Shown here: in pieces, positions 25,149-32,000 of the stretch | Layout: each line of letters begins with the position of its first letter | How positions within the stretch are numbered: position 1 is the first letter of the stretch | Assembly (NCBI RefSeq): GCF_001595965.1 | Contig: NZ_LOJI01000001.1 | Span: 246,178-278,177 of the forward strand | From: Polynucleobacter yangtzensis | GTDB lineage: Bacteria > Pseudomonadota > Gammaproteobacteria > Burkholderiales > Burkholderiaceae | Length of the DNA stretch: 32,000 nucleotides | Reading direction: 5' to 3' | The notes under the pieces: generated by a model | The model's input: only the letters and a program-made list of their open reading frames with translations | What the model was told of the DNA's origin: nothing | Database searches by the model: none | Translations under genes and position numbers: made by a program

Positions 25149-25832
25149 CTAGCTCTCGCCTTTATTCCGCGAGGTATCTATTCCAAGCGCCTTTAGCTTG
25201 CGATACAAGTGGGTACGCTCAAGGCCCGTGTACTCAGAAATCTTGGTCATACTGCCACCCATGATTTGCATCTGATGCTCAAAATACGCTTTTTCAAATA
25301 GATCTCTAGCCTCTCTTAACGGCAGGTCAAAGTACGTTTTTGCTATTCCGCTGATGAATTCACCCTCGGCAGGTGCTGGAGCTGATTCGACAACAGCCTG
25401 CTTTGGCGTTGTTACCGCATTTGTGTTGGCCTGAACAGCACGCTCTTGTTCGGGTTCAACATACTTAGGAGAGCTCTCTAAAGCCTTGCTAACCGTCTTC
25501 AAAAGCTTTTGTAGGGCAATCGGCTTTTCTAAAAAATTGAGGGCGCCAATTCGAGTTGCTTCGACAGCGGTATCAATTGTTGCGTGGCCAGACATCATGA
25601 CTACAGGCATTGTGAGTTGGCCAGTGTTAGACCACTCTTTTAATAAAGTAATGCCGTCGGTATCAGGCATCCAAATATCCAACAGCACTAAATCAGGTCG
25701 CATTTGTTCGCGAATCGTACGCGCTTGTATTGCGCTTTCTGCAGCGTACACAGTATGGCCTTCATCCGTCAGAATCTCATTGAGAAGCTCGCGAATTCCC
25801 ATCTCGTCATCAACAACCAAAATACTAGCCAT
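25149..25832 (-). CDS. NtrX-like response regulator (receiver + Fis-type HTH, no AAA+ domain)
   Basis: ILVVDDEMGIRELL...RPDLVLLDIWMPDTDGITLLKEW receiver domain and a C-terminal Fis-like HTH (ISEYTGLERTHLYRKLKALGI). Confidence 0.85.
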   Translation of the reverse strand: MASILVVDDEMGIRELLNEILTDEGHTVYAAESAIQARTIREQMRPDLVLLDIWMPDTDGITLLKEWSNTGQLTMPVVMMSGHATIDTAVEATRIGALNFLEKPIALQKLLKTVSKALESSPKYVEPEQERAVQANTNAVTTPKQAVVESAPAPAEGEFISGIAKTYFDLPLREARDLFEKAYFEHQMQIMGGSMTKISEYTGLERTHLYRKLKALGIDTSRNKGES

Positions 25833-25834
25833 GC

Positions 25835-28144
25835 TTAGGCTGCCTCTTTTGCTAGATTCATAAACAATATTGATACCTGCGCACCAACTACTTCATCGCC
25901 CTGCATACGATTTCTAATTTCAATTTTCGCAGCGTGATCATCAACAATCTTCTTCACCACTGCCAAACCTAATCCAGTGCCTTTGCTCTTAGTTGTTACA
26001 TACGGCTCAAAGGCTCTTGCCAATATCTTAGCTGGAAATCCAACCCCACAATCACTTATTGTTAAGCGCACCGCATTTTGGACAACGCCATTATGCTCAC
26101 CATAAGGCACCAACTCTGTTTTTACCTCTACTGGACTGGTGGGATTTGGGCCTTCAAGAGTAGCATCTTGAGCGTTTTGGAGTAAGTTATGAATTACCTG
26201 CCTCAGCTGGGTTGGGTCACCCATAATATTTGGGCAAGCTGGATCCAACTTCGTTTTCAATGGGCTACCTTCATAAAGCCCCAAAATTTCTGAAGTGAGT
26301 GTATTAATAGAAACCGGCTTCAATTGAGGGGTTGGCGTCTTGGCAAAATCCCTGAAGTCATTCACCATTTCTTTCATGGCTTGCACCTGGCCAATGATGG
26401 TTTCAGTACTGCGATTAATCATTTCTTCTTGCTCAGGACTTAACTTACCAGCAAGCTTATGTTGCAGTCTTTCAGCAGAGAGCTGAATAGGTGTAAGAGG
26501 GTTTTTAATTTCATGGGCAAGGCGTCTTGCTACCTCACTCCATGCAATCGATCTTTGTGCGCTCACCACATCGGTAATGTCATCAAAGACAACCATTCGT
26601 AAATCACCAGTCAACTCTGTGCCACGCACAAATAAGGTAACGCCTAATTCATTTTCAAACTCATTGGTGCTGTGTAGCTGAATTTGTTTTTGCCATACAG
26701 GCGCATTGGTTTGTTTGGCATTTTGTCCCGCGTCACCCTCGCTAACTACAGCCAGCTTCATGGTGGCAAAGCCTTCTTTAATGGCGCCCTCAAACTCTTG
26801 TAGAGCAGGGCTGCTACTTAAGGGCTTTCCGTCAAGCTGGGTGAGGTCTTGACCAAAAATTCGGTCAGCCCCTGCATTGCTAGAAACAACGTTGTAGTTT
26901 TTATCAAAAATACATACGCCTGCAGTAAGACTTCCCAGCACGCGCTCCAAGAATGCCTTAGATTCTTGTAAAGAGGTCCGAGTATCTGCCAACTGCCTTG
27001 TCATGACATTAAATTGGCGCGTAAGCATTCCTAGCTCATCGCCAGTATCTAACTCGGGCTTAGGCGACAAGTCACCCTGGGCAACCGCCTGCGTACCCCT
27101 CAACAACATTAGGAGTGGGCGGGCCAACTGCCTACCCAACATGAGCGCCAAGGTGATTGCAACAAATACCGCGAAAAAGAGTGTGAGGGTTAAAGTTCCG
27201 ACGAACATCTTGCGCAAACCTGTGCGCCCTAATGATTTTTCTTGATACTCACTATAGGCAGACTCAACCGCAAAAATGTTTTTTGCCAATGGGGCAGGGA
27301 TATAGCGCACCAGCTGTAAAAAATATTTATCATCCGCATCTTTACTGGAATCTGATTTGTTATGAATCGATTTTTTTCGTATTACAGGAACGATTGCTCT
27401 AATACGATAGCCACGCTGCCCGCCATCCACTTCAATCTGATCTAAGAAGGTGGTCCCTTTCTTTTTAAAGGCTTCAGCAACCACATCTGCACTAGGCGGA
27501 GGAAAGTATTTTTTGGGCTTTAACTCACTAGTAAGAATCAAATTACGCTGCATATTGAAGAGGCTCACCTCCTGAATACCAAACTGGTTACGAATCTTCA
27601 TAACCATAGTCGCAACTTGCTCCGTAGATGCGCCCGCTGGAACCAGTGCAATCTGCTCGGCAATAAAGTTACCTTCGCCCAAAATCTCTTCTTGAGCAAC
27701 ACGCAGAGTCACACGCCCCAGCTCCAAGCCAGAATTCAATGCCGACTCTACCTTCACATCAAACCAGGTTTCAATACTGCGGGATACGAACTGCAAAGAA
27801 ACGCCGTACAAAATTAAACCGGGAACAATGCCAACCAAAGCAAAAATCATCGCTAGCTTGGCAATCAAACGCGTGCCAAAATGACCTCGATACCAACGCA
27901 CTGCAATCACACCCACTAGAGTCAAAATAACTAAAGTCAGACAAATTCCAATAACAACATTTGCGGCATATAACCAAATGAAGTAGTTATCAAAAAACTC
28001 AGTATTGGATGAGGCTATTGCCAACAAAACCAAAAGCAATAAAGCGAATACACCAATTAAACCAATCGTGATTGGTACAACTTTTTTACCCAATGCTTTT
28101 GATGTAAAAAAGCCCGAGTCCAGCAGGGACGCTATAGATCTCAT
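25835..28144 (-). CDS. NtrY-like PAS/HAMP sensor histidine kinase
   Basis: 769 aa with N-terminal TM segments, HAMP and PAS domains, H-box AHEIKNPLTPIQLSAERL, N-box HNLLQNAQDA and G2 GTGLGL. Confidence 0.85.
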   Translation of the reverse strand: MRSIASLLDSGFFTSKALGKKVVPITIGLIGVFALLLLVLLAIASSNTEFFDNYFIWLYAANVVIGICLTLVILTLVGVIAVRWYRGHFGTRLIAKLAMIFALVGIVPGLILYGVSLQFVSRSIETWFDVKVESALNSGLELGRVTLRVAQEEILGEGNFIAEQIALVPAGASTEQVATMVMKIRNQFGIQEVSLFNMQRNLILTSELKPKKYFPPPSADVVAEAFKKKGTTFLDQIEVDGGQRGYRIRAIVPVIRKKSIHNKSDSSKDADDKYFLQLVRYIPAPLAKNIFAVESAYSEYQEKSLGRTGLRKMFVGTLTLTLFFAVFVAITLALMLGRQLARPLLMLLRGTQAVAQGDLSPKPELDTGDELGMLTRQFNVMTRQLADTRTSLQESKAFLERVLGSLTAGVCIFDKNYNVVSSNAGADRIFGQDLTQLDGKPLSSSPALQEFEGAIKEGFATMKLAVVSEGDAGQNAKQTNAPVWQKQIQLHSTNEFENELGVTLFVRGTELTGDLRMVVFDDITDVVSAQRSIAWSEVARRLAHEIKNPLTPIQLSAERLQHKLAGKLSPEQEEMINRSTETIIGQVQAMKEMVNDFRDFAKTPTPQLKPVSINTLTSEILGLYEGSPLKTKLDPACPNIMGDPTQLRQVIHNLLQNAQDATLEGPNPTSPVEVKTELVPYGEHNGVVQNAVRLTISDCGVGFPAKILARAFEPYVTTKSKGTGLGLAVVKKIVDDHAAKIEIRNRMQGDEVVGAQVSILFMNLAKEAA

Positions 28145-28722
28145 CGTTTAATCAGGTTGGGGCCATTTGAAGAGAACGGAAAGCGATACCAATCGCTAGA
28201 AACATTCCAATCACGGTTGTTTAGCGCGTTGACCTGAAAAGGTTTTGGCAGCTTACTAAGGTCTAGGTTCATGCGCATACTAGCCGTATAGGATTTACCT
28301 GGGTCTAGTTGTGAATTCTCCATTACACGCCATCCACCAATACTGCCCACTGCTTGTAACGCCTCAGACATCGATTTAGCTGAGAAAGTAAAGCCCTCGG
28401 AAGCAATGCGGTACTGCTGCGTTAAGGGCTGATATGACAAACGGGTTTGTCTTTGTACAAGAGCTGGCTTTTCATCAAACCAATACCAGCGAGATCTCGT
28501 TAAATCAAACTCAGTCTGAAAATACAGCACCACACCTTTTTGTACTGCATCTTCTAGGCCCGGGGATAATTCAATCTGAAACGTAGCGCTCAAAAGCCAG
28601 TCGTTATCAGACCTCTCCAACTCAAAGGATTTGATCTTGATACCTTCTGCACTCACGGTGGTTGAGAAAATTCCCAAAACCATCAAGAACAAAAAGAGGA
28701 ATTGTTTAATTCTTTGGCTCAT
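28141..28722 (-). CDS. DUF4390-like secreted protein
   Basis: It has a signal peptide, and its conserved position between rsmB and the NtrY-like kinase matches Burkholderiales as I recall. 4-nt overlaps on both sides. Confidence 0.6.
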   Translation of the reverse strand: MSQRIKQFLFLFLMVLGIFSTTVSAEGIKIKSFELERSDNDWLLSATFQIELSPGLEDAVQKGVVLYFQTEFDLTRSRWYWFDEKPALVQRQTRLSYQPLTQQYRIASEGFTFSAKSMSEALQAVGSIGGWRVMENSQLDPGKSYTASMRMNLDLSKLPKPFQVNALNNRDWNVSSDWYRFPFSSNGPNLIKR

Positions 28723-30035
28723 GGCCCATTTTTCTTAAACAAAGCATAGTAAAAACCGTCGTTTAGTTCACCAGGCAAAATCTGACCTGGAGCGCCTAAT
28801 CGTACCGCATCGCGGTGCTGCTCAGCAAACCAAGCGGCCTGATCCTCACCCTCTTCAAAAAATATTGAACATGTGACATATAGGAGGGCGCCCCCTGGTT
28901 TGAGCATCTTCCACGCCTGATTCAGAATACCGCGCTGCCTTTCTTGCAGGGCCCTTACATCAGCCTCACGTCTTAAAAACGGTATGTCTGGATGGCGAGA
29001 CACAATCCCCGAAGCAGAGCAGGGCGCATCGAGCAAAATTTTGTCAAAAGGAATGCCATCCCACCATGCAGCTTTAGAGGCATCTCCACGAAGCACTCTT
29101 ACCTTGTCAGAATGCAAGCGAAGGCGATCTAAATTACCGCCAATCTTTCCAATCCGCTCACCATCTAACTCCAAAGCCTGCACTGAGCAATCGGCAAGCT
29201 CTAATAGATGCGCTGTTTTGCCACCGGGAGCTGCGCAAGCGTCTAACACTAGCTCGCCATCTTGTGGGTTTAACAAAATTGCAGCAAGCTGAGCTCCCGC
29301 ATCTTGGACAGATACAGCGCCACTATAAAAACCTGGCAAATCAGAAACAGGTACAGCTTCTGGAATTAAAAGCGCAGAAGGCAAAGCAATACCAGCCACT
29401 TCATCAATTGGTTTTGATGCAATGCCAGCATCAGACAACAATGATTGATATTGCTCGCGCGTATATTGCCGTTGATTGACACGCAAAATTAATGGTGCGC
29501 GCTTAGCCTGCTGAAACAAAATCGCTTGCCACTGTTTAGAGTAATTGCGTTTTAAATTTGCGCGCCACCATGCGGGCACATACATTGGAATGGGGTCAGG
29601 CGGGTAACGCCTATCACCTTCGGGCGGCTGCACTAAGAGGCTGACCTTACGTAGAACCGCATTCATCAACCCCTTGGCATACATGGTCTTGTCATATTCG
29701 CCACACGCCTTCACAGCCTGATCAACAATGGTATGCGCTGGATATCCTTTGCCCTCTGTTGCATCCTGCAAAAATAAAGCGATTGCCACGCTTAGCAAGT
29801 GATCTGTTTCAGGCGGCGGAGTCTTTGGAATAAATTGCTTGATTAACTCATGCGAGCGCACCCACTTTCGTAGCGCATCAAAACTGAGGCTTTGAACGAT
29901 AGGTCGCTCATGCGGCTCAAGTTGATCCAAGACTTCTGTAAGCGATCTTCCGCTCATTACCTCACCGATTGCTTGTGCTGCAATAGTGATTGCTTCTGAA
30001 AGCGGGAGACTGCGTGGTGTTTTTTGGTCGGTCAA
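28719..30035 (-). CDS. rsmB: 16S rRNA (cytosine967-C5)-methyltransferase
   Basis: N-terminal NusB-like region, SAM motif DACAAPGGKT and catalytic DAPCSASGIVSRHPD. Confidence 0.9.
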   Translation of the reverse strand: MTDQKTPRSLPLSEAITIAAQAIGEVMSGRSLTEVLDQLEPHERPIVQSLSFDALRKWVRSHELIKQFIPKTPPPETDHLLSVAIALFLQDATEGKGYPAHTIVDQAVKACGEYDKTMYAKGLMNAVLRKVSLLVQPPEGDRRYPPDPIPMYVPAWWRANLKRNYSKQWQAILFQQAKRAPLILRVNQRQYTREQYQSLLSDAGIASKPIDEVAGIALPSALLIPEAVPVSDLPGFYSGAVSVQDAGAQLAAILLNPQDGELVLDACAAPGGKTAHLLELADCSVQALELDGERIGKIGGNLDRLRLHSDKVRVLRGDASKAAWWDGIPFDKILLDAPCSASGIVSRHPDIPFLRREADVRALQERQRGILNQAWKMLKPGGALLYVTCSIFFEEGEDQAAWFAEQHRDAVRLGAPGQILPGELNDGFYYALFKKNGP

Positions 30036-30036
30036 A

Positions 30037-30903
30037 TTAATTTGCTCCGGGGTATTCCCCGTTTTTAGCCATGTGCATTAAGCGTGCCACCCGCTCTTCT
30101 GTAGGGGGGTGGGTTGAGAATAGTTGCGCAAGGCCGCCAGCACTAAGAGGATTCAGAATCATCATCTGTGCAGTTTCTGGATGTTGCTCAACAGCCTGAA
30201 ATGGAATACCTTGGGCATAGTTATGAATTTTTTCTAGTGCATGCGCAAGAGCCTCTGGATCAGAGCTAATTTCTGCACCACCACGATCAGCCTCATATTC
30301 CCGTGCTCGTGAAATACTCATCTGAATCAGGCTTGCCGCTATTGGCGCCAATATCGCCACCATCAAACTCGCTATTGGATTGTTGGGTCTGCCCTCTGAA
30401 TCGCGCCCGCCAAAAAACATCGCAAAGTTTGCTAATGCAGAAATTGCACCTGCCATAGTTGCAGCCACTGTTGAAATCAAAATATCTCGGTGGCGAACAT
30501 GCGCCAGCTCATGGGCCATAACGCCGCGCAACTCACGATTCGAGAGAATTTTTAGAATGCCGGTTGTTGCGGCAACGGAAGCGTTTTCTGGATTGCGTCC
30601 CGTTGCAAATGCATTCGGCGCATCTTCATTAATCAAAAATACTTTAGGCATTGGCAAACCAGCCTTCTCGGCCAACTCTTTCACCAATGCATAAAACTGG
30701 GGCGCAGATCTTTCGTCCACCTGTTGTGCATTAGTCATCTTCAATACCATGGTGTCAGAAAACCAATAGCTGAAAAAATTCATACCGACAGCCATCAACA
30801 AAGCCATCAACATGCCTTGCTCGCCGCCCAGCATGCCACCAACCACAATAAATAACGCAGTAATGGCTGCCATCAAAACAGCAGTCTTTGCAAAATTAAA
30901 CAT
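30037..30903 (-). CDS. htpX: Zinc metalloprotease HtpX
   Basis: [10 protein letters not shown] (HExxH), 4 TM segments, and a typical HtpX N-terminus. Confidence 0.9.
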   Translation of the reverse strand: MFNFAKTAVLMAAITALFIVVGGMLGGEQGMLMALLMAVGMNFFSYWFSDTMVLKMTNAQQVDERSAPQFYALVKELAEKAGLPMPKVFLINEDAPNAFATGRNPENASVAATTGILKILSNRELRGVMAHELAHVRHRDILISTVAATMAGAISALANFAMFFGGRDSEGRPNNPIASLMVAILAPIAASLIQMSISRAREYEADRGGAEISSDPEALAHALEKIHNYAQGIPFQAVEQHPETAQMMILNPLSAGGLAQLFSTHPPTEERVARLMHMAKNGEYPGAN

Positions 30904-30905
30904 TT

Positions 30906-31904
30906 CTACTCCTTTGACAAAAAGTGCAACTGTTTTTGATCAACGCCAATCGACTGTAAGCAGGTTTTAGCGTCAATTTTTTTGCCCCCAGGTTTTTGCA
31001 TGTGCATAACCTCGACGACACCTTGACCACACTGAATATATACGCCATCACCACTGAACCCAAGCACATCACCAACGCTGCCGGTTGAGCCTACCGCCCC
31101 GATCTCCGGAATTCTGGAATCCCAAAGCTTCAACGCCAAACCACCAACCTGACCAGTAGCGCCAGGGAAAGGATTAAAGGCACGAATGCGTTGATCGATT
31201 TCTTTTGCACTTAAGGACCAATCAATTTCTGCTTCGCTCTTTAGTATTTTTTCAGCATAAGTAATGCCTTCGTTTGGCTGTGGCACCCGGTTCATATTTT
31301 TACTTTGCTGCAAAGCATCTAAGACGCTCACGATCGAATCTGCCCCAAGTTGTGCCAATCGATCATGCAAGCTTGCGCTTGTTTCATCGGGGGCAATATC
31401 AAGACCAGAAACTAAAACGGTATCACCAGTATCAAGACCTGCATCCATTTGCATAATGCAAATACCAGTCTTTGCATCTCCGGCCTCAATCGCCCGCTGA
31501 ATTGGCGCAGCACCACGCCAACGCGGAAGCAAGGAAGCGTGAATATTAAAGCTGCCAAATCTTCCGGGTCGTTCGCTAATATCCAAAATTTCTTGGGGCA
31601 AGATCAAGCCATATGCAACAACAACCATGGCATCAAACTCGATTGAGGAGAGGCGCTCATAGGCTTCGTCAGCTTGTACTTTTTTTTGTGGATCAACACT
31701 AGTGCGCCTTAGAGTTTCGGGCTGCAATACCGGAATATTGTTTTCTAAAGCAAACTCTTTAACCGGGCTTGCTTGTAAATGCATACCCCTGCCAGCACGG
31801 CGGTCCGGTTGAGTGAAAGCCAAAACAATTTCATGCCCAGCAGTGTGGATTGCACGCATGGCTTGCGCAGCAAACTCTGGGGTTCCAGCAAAGACAATTT
31901 TCAT
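30906..31904 (-). CDS. fmt: Methionyl-tRNA formyltransferase
   Basis: [13 protein letters not shown]..., the [18 protein letters not shown] motif, and position downstream of def. Confidence 0.92.
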   Translation of the reverse strand: MKIVFAGTPEFAAQAMRAIHTAGHEIVLAFTQPDRRAGRGMHLQASPVKEFALENNIPVLQPETLRRTSVDPQKKVQADEAYERLSSIEFDAMVVVAYGLILPQEILDISERPGRFGSFNIHASLLPRWRGAAPIQRAIEAGDAKTGICIMQMDAGLDTGDTVLVSGLDIAPDETSASLHDRLAQLGADSIVSVLDALQQSKNMNRVPQPNEGITYAEKILKSEAEIDWSLSAKEIDQRIRAFNPFPGATGQVGGLALKLWDSRIPEIGAVGSTGSVGDVLGFSGDGVYIQCGQGVVEVMHMQKPGGKKIDAKTCLQSIGVDQKQLHFLSKE

Positions 31905-31912
31905 TGGGGCGC

Positions 31913-32000
31913 TTAGCGCTGACCTACTAATTCTTTAGCGCGCTTCTTCATTTTTTGTGAGATACGAGTTCGCTTGAGGATTGATAAATATTCGACAAAT
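31913..32000 (-). CDS. def: Peptide deformylase, C-terminal fragment (N-terminus outside the window)
   Basis: My own translation gives ...FVEYLSILKRTRISQKMKKRAKELVGQR*, a typical Def C-terminal helix. The def-fmt gene order supports the call. Confidence 0.7.
   Translation of the reverse strand, partial: FVEYLSILKRTRISQKMKKRAKELVGQR

Noticed and set aside
24399-25196. Track ORFs 24399-24608, 24654-24863 and 24963-25196.
   Set aside because: The first and third start inside the repeat or tRNA (…FLGGPGRNR…), and the third runs through the tRNA gene. The first and second are also antisense to the well-supported lipoprotein gene.
25149-25832. The NtrX-like regulator might be a truncated pseudogene because it lacks the sigma-54 AAA+ domain.
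   Set aside because: The ORF is intact, with a complete receiver and Fis-type HTH and a low-complexity linker. As far as I recall, this short architecture in the rsmB-DUF4390-kinase-regulator cluster is normal for Burkholderiales.

Overview
The window looks like a low-GC betaproteobacterial (Burkholderiales-type) chromosome segment; a Polynucleobacter-like origin is inference only. It has two conserved flanks. The left flank (1-5300) carries a TauE-like exporter, a MAPEG protein, a haloacid dehalogenase, katG and a peroxiredoxin. The right flank (25.1-32 kb) carries an NtrX-like regulator, an NtrY-like kinase, DUF4390, rsmB, htpX, fmt and a partial def.

Between the flanks lies a ~20 kb accessory zone anchored on a minus-strand tRNA-Phe(GAA) gene at 24980-25055. 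Seven same-orientation copies of the tRNA-Phe 3' end plus its UUCG-loop terminator cut this zone into units. Most units are small one- or two-gene cassettes: HTH+kinase, GNAT, MBL hydrolase, outer-membrane barrel, lipoprotein. One unit is a large AT-rich block (8.1-22 kb). It carries a 424-aa tyrosine integrase, a FimB/FimE-sized short tyrosine recombinase, a DUF3800 two-gene module, an operon built around a clamp-loader-like AAA+ ATPase with several unknown ORFs, chrBA and a TonB-like protein.

A second repeat family also decorates the zone: TTTWAAA-centred palindromes of the ATGTCGTTTWAAACGACAT type, with at least 8 full copies, three of which sit inside island CDSs. Next to the DUF3800 gene there is a tandem cluster of T-loop/acceptor/CCA-like tRNA 3'-end mimics.

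I saw no rRNA, CRISPR array, transposase or reverse transcriptase. All functional calls rest on motif recognition by eye, because no database searches were possible.
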